Origin: a bacterium
GTDB taxonomy: Bacteria; Patescibacteriota; Minisyncoccia; Phycocordibacterales; Phycocordibacteraceae
DNA: 55,949 nucleotides
Direction: 5' to 3'
Assembly: GCA_023264495.1 (NCBI GenBank)
Contig: JAHFMM010000001.1
Location: forward strand, 1-55,949
Part shown: positions 10,474 to 20,692 of the stretch, piece after piece
Position numbering within the stretch: the stretch's first letter is position 1
Layout: each line of letters opens with the position of its first letter
Made by a program: the position numbers and the translations under genes
Notes under the pieces: generated by a model
Databases searched by the model: none
Seen by the model: only the letters and a program-made list of their open reading frames with translations
What the model was told of the DNA's origin: nothing

Positions 10474-11271
10474 CTAACGATACGCAGGTTTCAGGATGTC
10501 TGAGAGGTCAGTAAGCGGGATGCGGAGGGTTTGCGGCCCAGCAGAGTAGGGAGCGACTGCGTAAGGCGCAAAGAGGATGACGAGATCGTTATTGTCGAAG
10601 AAAAAATTATCGAAATTCTTTTCCTCGGGCGTCGTGCCGGGCAGAATGAAGTTCTTGATAAAATCAGCGTCAGCTAGCTTTGTGCCAATGACCGCAGGGA
10701 GCTTCGTGCGAGCTATGCGCGAGAGTGCCGCAAGATACTCAGACCCAGGGACAAAGAGGTCGGTAAGAGCGAGCGGCGCGCCAGCTTGCCCTGAGTGAGT
10801 CGAAGGGTCAGTATCGAAGGAGAAGGTTTTGAAGAATAGGTTCGGATGCGCTCCAAGCGTATCTTCAGTGATAGTAAAGATGTATGAAAGCGTATGTGCT
10901 GATGAGCCGATGAGATACGTGATCTGGAGAGACTCCTTGCGACCCTTGTCGAAGCCCATCATGACGATGTCATGGGAGGTAAGATTAGCAAAGTTCCCAT
11001 TGGTTTTAAATTTGGTAATCGTACTACTCACAAATTCCTTCATTAAAGCAACGGCTGCTGTATTTGCCACAGCGCTGACGGTTACTATGTCGGTACTGGA
11101 GGCGTAATTAGCAGCGATATCATAATAGGGCGCATGTTCTGTATATTTTGAGCCAGAAAGTATCGTTACCGGCATTTCTGGAGGCGAGGATGGGCGTATC
11201 GCCAAATAAGAAATAAGCCCGATACCGATAATAAGAAGGGCGAGACTGCCGATAAGAGTATCTCTACGCAT
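10474..11271 (-). CDS. Membrane-anchored DUF3298/RsiV-like protein
   Basis: N-terminal TM helix; TLGAHPN, F.F...DLVILFAPYAVAPYSAG, IPL..L..ILKP motifs. Confidence 0.8.
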   Translation of the reverse strand: MRRDTLIGSLALLIIGIGLISYLAIRPSSPPEMPVTILSGSKYTEHAPYYDIAANYASSTDIVTVSAVANTAAVALMKEFVSSTITKFKTNGNFANLTSHDIVMMGFDKGRKESLQITYLIGSSAHTLSYIFTITEDTLGAHPNLFFKTFSFDTDPSTHSGQAGAPLALTDLFVPGSEYLAALSRIARTKLPAVIGTKLADADFIKNFILPGTTPEEKNFDNFFFDNNDLVILFAPYAVAPYSAGPQTLRIPLTDLSDILKPAYR

Positions 11272-11425
11272 TCGGGTAGTATAGCAACACATGAGTCGTT
11301 AGAATCAGGCCACACTATAGCAGATGCGGTAATGGAGTGGAATGAGGGAGGCGATTTGTTGACGTTTCGAAGCAGGTACGGTATCTTTCTTATATCCCGC
11401 AGCGCGGGCTTTTCATTACTTTCTT

Positions 11426-11776
11426 ATGGCACGGTCACTCAAGAAGGGTCCCTTCGTGGATGCAAAACTCCTGAAGAAGCTCGTCGATAAGAAACCAGCA
11501 ACGGCTGGCGTTATTAAGACATGGGCGCGCCGCAGCCAGATCAGTCCGGAGATGGTCGGATTCACCTTTGGCGTCCATAACGGCAAGAGCCACCTCGAAG
11601 TCTTGGTGTCTGAGGAGATGGTGGGGCATCGTCTCGGCGAATTCTCCCCGACAAAGAAATTCGTCCGGCACGGCGGTAAGATGCAGAAGGAGCTTGAGCA
11701 GAAGAAGCAGCAAGCTGAGATTACTGCCGCAAAGGCTGCAAAGGCTTCTCCGGCGCCTGCCGCGAAGAAGAAATAA
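11426..11776 (+). CDS. rpsS: 30S ribosomal protein S19
   Basis: [28 protein letters not shown]. Confidence 0.99.
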   Translation: MARSLKKGPFVDAKLLKKLVDKKPATAGVIKTWARRSQISPEMVGFTFGVHNGKSHLEVLVSEEMVGHRLGEFSPTKKFVRHGGKMQKELEQKKQQAEITAAKAAKASPAPAAKKK

Positions 11777-11784
11777 ATATATCT

Positions 11785-12105
11785 ATGGCAAACGCAACTC
11801 TTAAAAGCCACAACCAACCTCCGCGCAAAGTTCGGCTTGTAACGGATTTGGTGAAGGGTAAGAAGGTACCGGCTGCGCTTCTCGCACTTGAACACCTTCC
11901 TCGCCGCGCATCAGAGCCGGTACAGAAGCTTATCGAGAGCGCCGCCGCGAATGCAAAGTCCGCAGGCAAGAACGTCGATGAACTCACGGTGAAATCGATT
12001 CTCGTTGAGAATGCCGGCATGACGAAGAAGTATATGCCACGCGCCTTTGGACGCGCTTCAGCAATCCGCCGCCGCAAGAGCCGCGTCATCGTGACACTCG
12101 CATAA
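11785..12105 (+). CDS. rplV: 50S ribosomal protein L22
   Basis: PRKVRLV.DLVKGK, SAAANA, PRAFGRA. Confidence 0.97.
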   Translation: MANATLKSHNQPPRKVRLVTDLVKGKKVPAALLALEHLPRRASEPVQKLIESAAANAKSAGKNVDELTVKSILVENAGMTKKYMPRAFGRASAIRRRKSRVIVTLA

Positions 12106-12115
12106 TTTACCTACT

Positions 12116-12814
12116 ATGACGCACATCGTACATCCCTACGCACATCGCCTCGGCATCATCCGAGATTGGAAGAGCCGCTGGTTTGCCGCTGATGCAAAGA
12201 GCTACCGCACTAATATCAAAGTCGATGAGACAATCCGCCGTTTCCTCACCAAGCGCTTGCGCGGGACCTACACGAGCGGTATCGAGATCGAACGCTCGGC
12301 AAACGAGCTCCGTGTAACGCTCTCGACTGCCCGCCCCGGGCTCGTCATTGGGCGCTCTGGCGAGAATGCCGCGAAGCTCCGCACCGAGCTTGCCGCGGTC
12401 GTACGCACGGCCGCGCCGAACGACACGCGTACTCTGAAGCTTGATGTCAATGAGATTCACCAACCCGAGACCGATGCGGCTGTGGTGGCATACATGATTG
12501 CCGAGGGTCTTGAGAAGCGCATGCCGTTCCGCCGGGTGATGAAGCAGACGATCGAGAAGGTGATTGCCGTGCGCGAGGTCGAAGGGGTGCGCATCATGAT
12601 CTCAGGTCGTCTTGGCGGCGCTGAGATGAGCCGCAAGGAGCAGCTTAAGAAGGGACGCATTCCATTGCAGACCTTCCGTGCTGATATTGATTTCGCACAC
12701 GAACAGGCCTACCTGCCGTATGGCGTCATCGGTATCAAGGTGTGGATCTATCGCGGTAATGTATACCAGGACAAGAAGGCTCCGGCACGCATCCCTGTCT
12801 CGGTCGCGGCATAA
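12116..12814 (+). CDS. rpsC: 30S ribosomal protein S3
   Basis: RPGLVIGR.G, SGRLGGAEMSR, IPLQTFRADID, YGVIGIKVWI. Confidence 0.99.
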   Translation: MTHIVHPYAHRLGIIRDWKSRWFAADAKSYRTNIKVDETIRRFLTKRLRGTYTSGIEIERSANELRVTLSTARPGLVIGRSGENAAKLRTELAAVVRTAAPNDTRTLKLDVNEIHQPETDAAVVAYMIAEGLEKRMPFRRVMKQTIEKVIAVREVEGVRIMISGRLGGAEMSRKEQLKKGRIPLQTFRADIDFAHEQAYLPYGVIGIKVWIYRGNVYQDKKAPARIPVSVAA

Positions 12815-12825
12815 TTGATTGACTT

Positions 12826-13248
12826 ATGTTATTCCCTAAAAAAGTAAAACACCGCAAGTGGCAGACGCAGCGCATGAGCGAGAAGCGTTTGAATCGTCCT
12901 GACACGCGCGGGGTCGAGGTTGTGTTCGGCTCGTTTGCGCTCAAGGCGCTCACGCCGGCGCGCATGACGAGCAACCAGATCGAGGCTGCGCGTAAAGTGC
13001 TTACCCGTGCGACTGCAAAGACAGGGAAGCTCTGGATCCGCATCTTTCCTGACCGACCGGTCACAGCAAAGCCGGCTGAGGTCGGTATGGGAAGCGGTAA
13101 GGGCGATCCGAAGCACTACGTCTTTCAGGTGCGCCCAGGCCGTGTCCTCTTCGAGATGGACGGCGTGCCTGAAGATATTGCGCGCGCGCATCTGCGACAA
13201 GCGGGGATGAAGCTCCCGATGAAGACGGCTGTGGTTGCGCGCCATTAA
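12826..13248 (+). CDS. rplP: 50S ribosomal protein L16
   Basis: QIEAAR, WIRIFPDRPVT.KP, MGSGKG. Confidence 0.99.
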   Translation: MLFPKKVKHRKWQTQRMSEKRLNRPDTRGVEVVFGSFALKALTPARMTSNQIEAARKVLTRATAKTGKLWIRIFPDRPVTAKPAEVGMGSGKGDPKHYVFQVRPGRVLFEMDGVPEDIARAHLRQAGMKLPMKTAVVARH

Positions 13249-13267
13249 TTGCTTTTTATACTCAGAT

Positions 13268-13489
13268 ATGACAAAAAGAGAAGTAATGACGACTAAGACC
13301 GATCAAGAGCTCGCAAAGCTCCTTGCCGATACACGCGCCGCTTTTCGTGAAGTGCGGTTTGCCGCTGCAGGCGCACGTGCGAAGGATCCGAATGCAGCGA
13401 AGAAGTCTCGGGCAACGATCGCGCGCATACGAAGCGAACAACACGCCCGTTCGGTGAGCTCGAGCCAAACTGCCGCTCCGGCCAAATAA
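13268..13489 (+). CDS. rpmC: 50S ribosomal protein L29
   Basis: Between rplP and rpsQ; ELAKLL, R.TIARI pattern. Confidence 0.9.
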   Translation: MTKREVMTTKTDQELAKLLADTRAAFREVRFAAAGARAKDPNAAKKSRATIARIRSEQHARSVSSSQTAAPAK

Positions 13490-13492
13490 CAT

Positions 13493-13768
13493 ATGGAACA
13501 AAAAACAACCAATCCCCAATCATTTGTCGGAACCGTCGTGAAGACGGCGATGAAAGACACGGCTACGGTGCGAGTCGACCGCTACGTGAAAGATGCGAAG
13601 TACAAGAAGTATTCGGTACGCTCGAAGAAGTTCCTCGCCCATAATCCGGGAGACGCGGCGCAAGTCGGCGACACGGTAACGATTGTCGCGACACGCCCGA
13701 TCTCGAAGATGAAGAGCTTCGCAATCGATTCGACCAAGACGGTGTCGGCGGCAAAAGAGAGCGAATAA
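13493..13768 (+). CDS. rpsQ: 30S ribosomal protein S17
   Basis: G.VV...MKDTATV, GDTV.I..TRPISKMKSF. Confidence 0.97.
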   Translation: MEQKTTNPQSFVGTVVKTAMKDTATVRVDRYVKDAKYKKYSVRSKKFLAHNPGDAAQVGDTVTIVATRPISKMKSFAIDSTKTVSAAKESE

Positions 13769-13774
13769 ACATAT

Positions 13775-14152
13775 ATGTTGCAACCTCAATCAATCGTACG
13801 TGTGGCGGATAATTCGGGCGGGCAGGTTGCCCGCATCTTCAAGGTGCTCGGCGGGAGCAAGCGCCGCTATGCCGAGATCGGCGACACGGTGGTCGTCTCC
13901 ATCCAGACCGCGCAGCCGCGCAAGGCGGTAAAGAAGAAAGATATTTACCGCGCGATTGTCGTCCGCCAGACGAAGCCGTTTGGCCGCAAGGACGGTTCGC
14001 ACGTCCGTTTTGACGAGAATGCGGTCGTGCTCATCGAGAAGCAGGGTAAGGAGATGGCCCCGAAAGGGAATCGCATCTTCGGTCCGGTACCGCGCGAGCT
14101 CTCCGAGCTCGGCTGGCATTCTATCGTCTCGCTCGCCCCTGAAGTCGTATAA
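13775..14152 (+). CDS. rplN: 50S ribosomal protein L14
   Basis: VADNSG, RFDENAVVLI, RIFGPVPREL, SLAPEVV. Confidence 0.99.
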   Translation: MLQPQSIVRVADNSGGQVARIFKVLGGSKRRYAEIGDTVVVSIQTAQPRKAVKKKDIYRAIVVRQTKPFGRKDGSHVRFDENAVVLIEKQGKEMAPKGNRIFGPVPRELSELGWHSIVSLAPEVV

Positions 14153-14157
14153 CGAAT

Positions 14158-14400
14158 ATGTCTATGCATGTCAAAAAAGGAGATACCGTGCGAGTGATTA
14201 CCGGAAAAGACAAGGGGAAGTCCGGGGTTATTGTGCGCGCGTTGCCGAAGGAAAATAAAGTCGTTATTGAAGGAGTTGCTCTCGTGAAGCGCCATGTCAA
14301 GGGGAAGGCGGGTCAGGTAGGGCATATCGCCGAGCGCCCACGTCCGATTAACGCATCAAACGTCCAGCTCACGAAGCAAGGTAGCGCCGCGAAGAAATAA
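14158..14400 (+). CDS. rplX: 50S ribosomal protein L24 (short form)
   Basis: KKGDTV.VITGKDKGKSG KOW motif, PINASNV. Confidence 0.97.
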   Translation: MSMHVKKGDTVRVITGKDKGKSGVIVRALPKENKVVIEGVALVKRHVKGKAGQVGHIAERPRPINASNVQLTKQGSAAKK

Positions 14401-14404
14401 ATCT

Positions 14405-14956
14405 ATGTCTACCACCAAACAAAAACAAGTATCAGCATATAAGGAATTGTCAGGTGCGTTCGGGTATACGAGCGTGATGCAGAGTCCGCGCATTACAAAA
14501 GTCATCGTCTCAACAGGCGTTGGTAAGAAGCGAGACAAGAAGGTCATCGAGGTTATCGAAAACCGTCTCGCGAAGATTACGGGACAGAAGCCGGCGCCGC
14601 GCGCCGCGCGCCTCTCGATCGCTTCGTTCAAGTTGCGCGAGGGCGACACGGTTGGCCTCCAAGTGACGCTCCGCGGCGCACGGATGTATGACTTCATCGA
14701 TAAGCTCATTCATATCGCGCTTCCTCGCACGCGCGACTTCCGCGGCCTCTCGGCCAAGGCGATCGATGCTATGGGGAACATGACCATCGGTATCAAAGAG
14801 AACTCGATTTTCCCTGAAACCTCCGATGAAGACTTGAAGGACGTCTTCGGGCTTGCTATCACCATCGTTACCACCGCTTCTTCGAAGGCAGAAGCAGAGG
14901 CATTCTTCCGTCATCTCGGACTCCCGCTCATCGTTGACGGAGAGAAGAAACGCTGA
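14405..14956 (+). CDS. rplE: 50S ribosomal protein L5
   Basis: [32 protein letters not shown]. Confidence 0.98.
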   Translation: MSTTKQKQVSAYKELSGAFGYTSVMQSPRITKVIVSTGVGKKRDKKVIEVIENRLAKITGQKPAPRAARLSIASFKLREGDTVGLQVTLRGARMYDFIDKLIHIALPRTRDFRGLSAKAIDAMGNMTIGIKENSIFPETSDEDLKDVFGLAITIVTTASSKAEAEAFFRHLGLPLIVDGEKKR

Positions 14957-14991
14957 TAAGCTGTGCACACGCTCCTCGGGGCTTATTTTTT

Positions 14992-15261
14992 ATGGCAAAA
15001 AAGTCACAACTCGCACGATACGCCAAGAAGGCGAAACTCGTCATGAAGTACGCAGAGAAGCGTGCATCCTTGAAGGCGGCTGGCGATTCGGCCGGGCTCC
15101 AGGCGCTTCCGCGGAATTCGTCCCCTATCAGACTCAAGAATCGTTGCGCGATTACCGGTCGTTCGCGCGGCTATATGCGTACCTTCGGTATCTCGCGCAT
15201 CCTCTTCCGCGAGCTAGCACGCGAAGGCAAGATCCCGGGCGTTAAGAAAGCATCATGGTAA
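14992..15261 (+). CDS. rpsN: 30S ribosomal protein S14, 89-aa zinc-independent form
   Basis: [28 protein letters not shown]; only one Cys. Confidence 0.98.
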   Translation: MAKKSQLARYAKKAKLVMKYAEKRASLKAAGDSAGLQALPRNSSPIRLKNRCAITGRSRGYMRTFGISRILFRELAREGKIPGVKKASW

Positions 15262-15659
15262 CCGACCGCGTTGGCGATTTCATCATACGTCTCCAGAATG
15301 CCGCAATGGCCGGCAAGGCAGATGTGGTTGCGCCGCACTCTTCGCACCTCGCCGCTATCGCAGCGAAGCTTAAGGATCTCGGTTTTATCGCATCGGTCGA
15401 GACGCGCGTTCGCGATGAGGCCGGAGTCAAGAAAGATCTTGCCATACAGCTCGCCTATGATGATCGCGGACAGGCGCGGTTGCGAGGAGTAAAGCGAATC
15501 AGCTCTCCTGGCCGCCGACTGTATTCGTCGAGTACTGAGGCACACACAGTGAAGGGCGGTACCGGCGCGCGCATCATCTCATCGCCGCAGGGCATTGTGA
15601 CTGACCGTGAGGCGCGCAAGAACCATGTTGGCGGTGAGAACATGTTTGAAATCTGGTAA
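15255..15659 (+). CDS. rpsH: 30S ribosomal protein S8
   Basis: [34 protein letters not shown]. Confidence 0.97.
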   Translation: MVTDRVGDFIIRLQNAAMAGKADVVAPHSSHLAAIAAKLKDLGFIASVETRVRDEAGVKKDLAIQLAYDDRGQARLRGVKRISSPGRRLYSSSTEAHTVKGGTGARIISSPQGIVTDREARKNHVGGENMFEIW

Positions 15660-15664
15660 ATAGT

Positions 15665-16195
15665 ATGAGCCGTCTCGCGCGAAAACCAATAGCAGCAGGC
15701 AAGGCGACCGTCTCGGTCAATGATGGTGTCCTTACAGTGAAAGGGTCAAAAGGGACGCTCACGAAACGCGTGCATCCTACCGTTGCAGTCTCGGTTGCAG
15801 GGTCAGAAGTGACGGTTGCGCCGAAGAATCACTCACGCCTCGCGAAGGCGCTTACAGGAACCTTCGCCTCGCACGTGAAGAATATGACGCAGGGCGTCGA
15901 GACGCCATTCTTGAAGAAACTCATTCTCGAAGGAGTTGGATACCGTGTCGAGATCAAAGGCAAGGATGTTGTCCTCACAGTCGGGTTCTCGCACACCGTA
16001 CCGCTTACGATACCTGATGACATTACGGCAACGGTCGAGAAGAATGCCATCAAGCTCGAGAGTATCAACAAGGAGTCGCTCGGGCAGTTCGCGGCAAATA
16101 TTCGCCGCGTGAAGCCGCCAGAGCCGTACCTCGGGAAGGGTATTCGCTACGAAGGCGAAATAATCCGCCGCAAGCAGGGCAAAAAAGCCGTCTAA
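15665..16195 (+). CDS. rplF: 50S ribosomal protein L6
   Basis: VKGSKGTL, GVGYR, GFSH, PPEPYLGKGIRY, RKQGK. Confidence 0.98.
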   Translation: MSRLARKPIAAGKATVSVNDGVLTVKGSKGTLTKRVHPTVAVSVAGSEVTVAPKNHSRLAKALTGTFASHVKNMTQGVETPFLKKLILEGVGYRVEIKGKDVVLTVGFSHTVPLTIPDDITATVEKNAIKLESINKESLGQFAANIRRVKPPEPYLGKGIRYEGEIIRRKQGKKAV

Positions 16196-16202
16196 TCATC
16201 AT

Positions 16203-16553
16203 ATGCAAAACGCACCAACAACTAAAAGTGAACTCCGGAAGCGCCGCCACGCGCGCGTACGAGCGATTATCAAAGGAACGGCAACCCGTCCGCGCTTGGC
16301 GGTGTATCGCAGCAATCGTTTCGTCTCGGCACAGCTTATCGATGATGAGGCAGGGAAGACGATTGCGGCAGCGCATGGCCGCGAGTTTAAGGGTCCGCAA
16401 TCGATGCAGGCGAAATCGGTCGGCGAAGCTATTGCGACAAAAGCGAAGGATGCGAACATTACGACAATTGTTTTTGATCGCGCCGGATACCGCTATGGTG
16501 GGCAGGTAAAGACGCTTGCCGATGCGGCACGAGCAGGAGGACTTATTTTCTAA
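16203..16553 (+). CDS. rplR: 50S ribosomal protein L18
   Basis: RPRLAVYRSN, AQLIDD, VFDRAGYRY, LADAARAGGL. Confidence 0.98.
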   Translation: MQNAPTTKSELRKRRHARVRAIIKGTATRPRLAVYRSNRFVSAQLIDDEAGKTIAAAHGREFKGPQSMQAKSVGEAIATKAKDANITTIVFDRAGYRYGGQVKTLADAARAGGLIF

Positions 16554-16557
16554 TAGT

Positions 16558-17178
16558 ATGACCACGACGATACCTATGGAGACAGAGCAAGAAACACTAC
16601 AGACCGTTGCGCCTGTCGAAACAGTCGTTGAGAATACCGACATGGCGGAGGTTGCGGCTGCTCCGGCTCAAGAGGGCCGAGGCCGTGGGGCTATTCGCGG
16701 CCGCGGGCAGCGTACTGGCGGCCGCACCCGTCCGCCGCGCGAGCGAGGAGAATTTGATCAGGTGACGATTGATGCCCGCCGCGTGGCGCGCGTGATGGCC
16801 GGCGGCCGCCGTTTCAATTTCAGTCTCGTGGTGGTGATTGGCGACCGCAAAGGTCGAGTCGGTGTCGGTCTCGGCAAGGGAGTCGATACGGCGCTTGCAA
16901 TAGATAAAGCGACTCGCGATGCGAAGAAACATCTCTTCACCGTCCCGCGCACCGACACCGGATCAATACCGCACCAGGTGTCGGCGAAATACGCTTCATC
17001 GGTAATTGAGATCATCCCATCGACCGGTCGCGGTCTCGTGGCCGGCTCGGCGATGCGCACAGTGCTCGATCTCGCCGGAGTGACCGATGTGGTGACCAAG
17101 ATCCACTCGCGCTCAAAGAACAAGCTCACGATCGCTCGCGCAACAGTCGCTGCGCTTAAGGAGCTCCGCGCCAAATAA
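16558..17178 (+). CDS. rpsE: 30S ribosomal protein S5
   Basis: RRVARVMAGGRRFNFS, VVIGDRKGRVGVGLGK, GRGLVAG. Confidence 0.98.
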   Translation: MTTTIPMETEQETLQTVAPVETVVENTDMAEVAAAPAQEGRGRGAIRGRGQRTGGRTRPPRERGEFDQVTIDARRVARVMAGGRRFNFSLVVVIGDRKGRVGVGLGKGVDTALAIDKATRDAKKHLFTVPRTDTGSIPHQVSAKYASSVIEIIPSTGRGLVAGSAMRTVLDLAGVTDVVTKIHSRSKNKLTIARATVAALKELRAK

Positions 17179-17189
17179 TTTCCTATACT

Positions 17190-17642
17190 ATGCAACTCAA
17201 CACCATCGCTCCCCGTGTGAAGAATAAGAAACCGCCCCATGTCGGTCGCGGCGGCAAGCGCGGCAAGACGAGCGGTCGCGGCGGAAAGGGGCAGACAGCG
17301 CGCGCCGGGCACAAAGTGCGCCCGGAGGTGCGTGATTTCATCAAGAAGTTCCCGAAGCTTCGCGGGCATGGCAAGAATCGTTCTCGCACGGTCCGAACGA
17401 ACCGTACGGTTGCGGCAGCAGTGAATCTTGCTGTGCTCGATGCCGCGTATCAAGCAGGAGAGACGGTCTCGCCGGCAACGCTTCTCGCAAAAGGCCTGGT
17501 GCGGCGAGTAAAAGGCCGTGTCCCGGAGGTTAAGATTCTTGGTATGGGAACGCTTACGAAAGCACTGATAGTGAGCGGCTGTGCTCTGTCTGCGACAGCG
17601 CGCGCTGCGGTCACGGCAGCGGGCGGCACTATCCATGACTAG
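17190..17642 (+). CDS. rplO: 50S ribosomal protein L15
   Basis: VGRGGKRGKTSGRGGKGQTARAG, VKILG.G; only 11 nt after rpsE, so no rpmD. Confidence 0.97.
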   Translation: MQLNTIAPRVKNKKPPHVGRGGKRGKTSGRGGKGQTARAGHKVRPEVRDFIKKFPKLRGHGKNRSRTVRTNRTVAAAVNLAVLDAAYQAGETVSPATLLAKGLVRRVKGRVPEVKILGMGTLTKALIVSGCALSATARAAVTAAGGTIHD

Positions 17643-18909
17643 CGCTTTCTTGCATAAAGTAAAGATTGCCTTCAGCGACCCTGAGATACGCGCCCGCATC
17701 CTCTTCATCCTTGGAGCGCTTGCCGTCTTCCGTCTGCTCGCCGTCATCCCGATACCGGGAGTTGATAAGACAGCACTCGCTGCTTTCTTTGCCAACAATC
17801 AGTTTTTCGGACTTTTGAATATCTTCTCGGGCGGCGGGCTCTCGCAGCTCTCGATTGCTATGCTCGGAGTCGGGCCGTATATCACGGCTTCAATCGTCAT
17901 GCAGCTCGCGACTATCATCTTCCCGCAAGTGAAGCAGGCCTACTTTGAAGAAGGAGAGGCCGGGCGCGCGAAGTTTATCAACTGGAGCCGCTTGCTCACG
18001 ATCCCGGTAGCGTGTATATCGGGCATCGGTTTTCTCTTCCTCCTCCAGGGGCAGCATGTCATCGGTCAGTTGGGTGCCGTTGCGCTCATCGCGAATATCG
18101 CGCTCATCGCCGCCGGCTCGATGCTCCTCATGTGGATCGGCGAGCTGGTGACGGAGTTCGGTATCGGTAACGGCGTCTCGCTCATCATCCTCGCCGGCAT
18201 TCTCTCGAGCGTCCCTACAAATATCTCGCACAGTTTGTTTGCGGCGACAGCAGCAGACGTCCCGTCATATCTCGCCTTCACGCTCCTCGGGCTCGCGATG
18301 GTGTATGCGGTCGTAGTGGTGTCGGATGCCGAGCGTTCGATACCGATCGCCTATGCACGCGCGATCCGCGGCGCGGCGCTCGCACAAGGAGCGGCGACCT
18401 ATCTCCCGATTCGCCTCCTTCAGGCGGGGGTGATCCCGATCATTTTCGCACTCTCGCTCCTCCTTGTGCCGCAGATGGCACTCTCGGTACTCTCGACACT
18501 TCATGTTTCATTTGCTACCCCTGCCGACCTCTGGTACACCGCTTTCCTCTCGAATCCGTGGAAGTACGGCACCGTCTATTTCTTGCTCGTTATCCTTTTC
18601 ACCTACTTCTACACTGCCGTCACCTTTGAGCCGAAGCGTGTCGCTGAGAATCTCCAGAAGACCGGCGCCTTCGTCCCTGGCGTGCGTCCTGGCCGCGAGA
18701 CAGAAGAATATATCGCGCACGTGGTGAATCGCATCACTCTTCCGGGTGCCTGCTTCCTCGGCTTTCTCGCAGTCTCGCCATCGGTTATCCAGGGTCTTAC
18801 GGGCATCACCACCATCGTCCTCGGTGGCACCGCACTCCTCATCGCGGTGCAAGTCACTCTCGATCTCGCACACAAGATCGACGCACAAGTTTCTCTCCGC
18901 GAGTACTAG
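17635..18909 (+). CDS. secY: Preprotein translocase subunit SecY
   Basis: LGVGPYITASIVMQL, GIGNGVSLII, AGVIPIIFA, FVPGVRPG, GGTALLIAV. Confidence 0.99.
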   Translation: MTSAFLHKVKIAFSDPEIRARILFILGALAVFRLLAVIPIPGVDKTALAAFFANNQFFGLLNIFSGGGLSQLSIAMLGVGPYITASIVMQLATIIFPQVKQAYFEEGEAGRAKFINWSRLLTIPVACISGIGFLFLLQGQHVIGQLGAVALIANIALIAAGSMLLMWIGELVTEFGIGNGVSLIILAGILSSVPTNISHSLFAATAADVPSYLAFTLLGLAMVYAVVVVSDAERSIPIAYARAIRGAALAQGAATYLPIRLLQAGVIPIIFALSLLLVPQMALSVLSTLHVSFATPADLWYTAFLSNPWKYGTVYFLLVILFTYFYTAVTFEPKRVAENLQKTGAFVPGVRPGRETEEYIAHVVNRITLPGACFLGFLAVSPSVIQGLTGITTIVLGGTALLIAVQVTLDLAHKIDAQVSLREY

Positions 18910-19043
18910 GGATTTAGAGAACTGTGGATAACGTTGCAGCGCGTGGAATTTAGGTGTAATCTATGACGCATGGGGCAAATCCGTTTTAAACGGGCTTGCC
19001 CCCTTGCCTATTAACTAGAGATAGAGAATGAAGGAGGTGTGCC

Positions 19044-19247
19044 ATGAATAACAAACAGTTAACGGCGATGATTGATGCGACTGGAGTAACTGTCGCATGT
19101 TTCTTCCAAGAAGTCGCCTATGAACTTGGGGGAAGCAGTAGCGCTATGCTGGATGAGTTTGAAATGGGACGCGTCCCTCAGGTAGCGCAAGAATACATTG
19201 AGCGTCATGAAAATGCGCAAAATAGAGGAGTTCGTGTGTGGTACTAA
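19044..19247 (+). CDS. Small hypothetical protein (67 aa) between secY and adk
   Basis: Strong SD AAGGAGGTG, upstream TTGCAG-17nt-TAATCT, downstream terminator AAAAGGCCGA-gcaa-TCGGCCTTTT. Confidence 0.65.
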   Translation: MNNKQLTAMIDATGVTVACFFQEVAYELGGSSSAMLDEFEMGRVPQVAQEYIERHENAQNRGVRVWY

Positions 19248-19327
19248 ACCACACACATAAAAAGGCCGAGCAATCGGCCTTTTTTTATTGATATTGCACA
19301 TTCTTGCACATCCCGTAGACTCAGAGC

Positions 19328-19894
19328 ATGAACGACACACGAACTATCTTTTTTATCGGCAAACCAGGATGCGGGAAGGGGACTCAGGCATCATTTCTTT
19401 CTGAAGTTACAGGGTGGGAAGTTATATCAGCGGGGAAACAGTTCCGCTCAATCGCAAGCGAGGAGACCCCAGTCGGACATAAAGTGAAATCGGAAATCGA
19501 TGTCGGCATTCTCGCGCCGCATTGGTTCGCAATGTATCTCTATTTGAAGTCTCTCTTCGGGGTTAAGGAGGGTGCGAGTATTATCTTTGATGGATTCAAC
19601 CGTAAGGTTCCCGAAGCAGAATTGGTGATCAGTTCGCTCACATGGCTTAATCGTCCATTTATCGTTATCGAGATTAAAGTTTCTGATGAAGAAGTCGAGC
19701 GCCGTCTCGCGAAGCGTAAAGGGATCGAAGGTCGTGCGGATGATTCGGCAATCGATGAACGCTTGAAGGAATACAAAGAATATACCGAGCCGGCGATTGA
19801 AGTCTTCCGTATGGCGGGTACGTTGGTAGAGATAGATGGGGAGCGAACACCAGAAGAGATTGCCGCATCGATTCGCGAAGCACTCGCGCTCTAA
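19328..19894 (+). CDS. adk: Adenylate kinase (short-LID type)
   Basis: GKPGCGKGTQ P-loop, FDGFNR, GRADD; follows secY. Confidence 0.93.
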   Translation: MNDTRTIFFIGKPGCGKGTQASFLSEVTGWEVISAGKQFRSIASEETPVGHKVKSEIDVGILAPHWFAMYLYLKSLFGVKEGASIIFDGFNRKVPEAELVISSLTWLNRPFIVIEIKVSDEEVERRLAKRKGIEGRADDSAIDERLKEYKEYTEPAIEVFRMAGTLVEIDGERTPEEIAASIREALAL

Positions 19895-19895
19895 G

Positions 19896-20660
19896 ATGAT
19901 TGTTACCACTGGAGCGGAGAAAGAAATCCTTATCGAGGGCGGGCGCCACCTCGCGGCGATACTCGCGGCGCTTCGGGCGCGAGTCGCTCCGGGCGTGACC
20001 ACTGAAGAGCTCAATGCTCTTGCTGAAGAGATGATTCTTGCGGAGGGCGATGAGCCAGCCTTCCTCGCCTACACTCCCGAAGGCGGTGGACGCCCCTACC
20101 CAGCAACACTCTGTGTGTCTATCAATGATGATGTGGTGCATGGTATCCCAAACGAGCCGATTAAGACGCTTCGCGAGGGCGACATCGTCAGTCTCGACCT
20201 CGGGCTTAGACACAACGGCATTATTGTTGACTCGGCTGTCACGGTCGCAGTCGGTGCAGTAAGCGAGGAAACGAAGAAACTCTTGCGCGCGACCGAGGCG
20301 GCACTTGCGGCGGGGATTGCCGCCGCCATCCCTGGGAAACATGTCGGCGATATCTCCCATGCGATTCAAAAAGAAATCGAGGGAGCAGGATTCACGGTGA
20401 TTAAAGAGCTTGGCGGGCACGGGGTTGGCGAGCTTGTACACGAAGAGCCGTTTATCCCGAACTTCGGCAAGCCTGGCGAGGGTGAGCCGCTTATCGAGGG
20501 TATGGTGCTCGCGCTCGAACCGATCTCAAGCGCGGGCAAGGCGGCAGTCACCATTGCGCCAGACGGGTACACCTTCCGCACGAAAGACGGTTCTCGCTCC
20601 GCCCACTTCGAGCACACCATCTTGCTCGAACGCGCCGGAGCGCGTATCATAACAGCATAG
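19896..20660 (+). CDS. map: Methionine aminopeptidase type I
   Basis: CVSINDDVVHGIP, GDIVSLD.G, GHGVG..VHEEP, SAHFEHT. Confidence 0.98.
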   Translation: MIVTTGAEKEILIEGGRHLAAILAALRARVAPGVTTEELNALAEEMILAEGDEPAFLAYTPEGGGRPYPATLCVSINDDVVHGIPNEPIKTLREGDIVSLDLGLRHNGIIVDSAVTVAVGAVSEETKKLLRATEAALAAGIAAAIPGKHVGDISHAIQKEIEGAGFTVIKELGGHGVGELVHEEPFIPNFGKPGEGEPLIEGMVLALEPISSAGKAAVTIAPDGYTFRTKDGSRSAHFEHTILLERAGARIITA

Positions 20661-20692
20661 CCCTAGCGGGGATTTTATTTTTAAAAAACTGT

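Noticed and set aside
18923..18931. Perfect DnaA box (TGTGGATAA) and weaker ones at 21302 and 47707 as oriC
   Set aside because: Isolated boxes with no cluster, no unwinding element and no dnaA/dnaN nearby.
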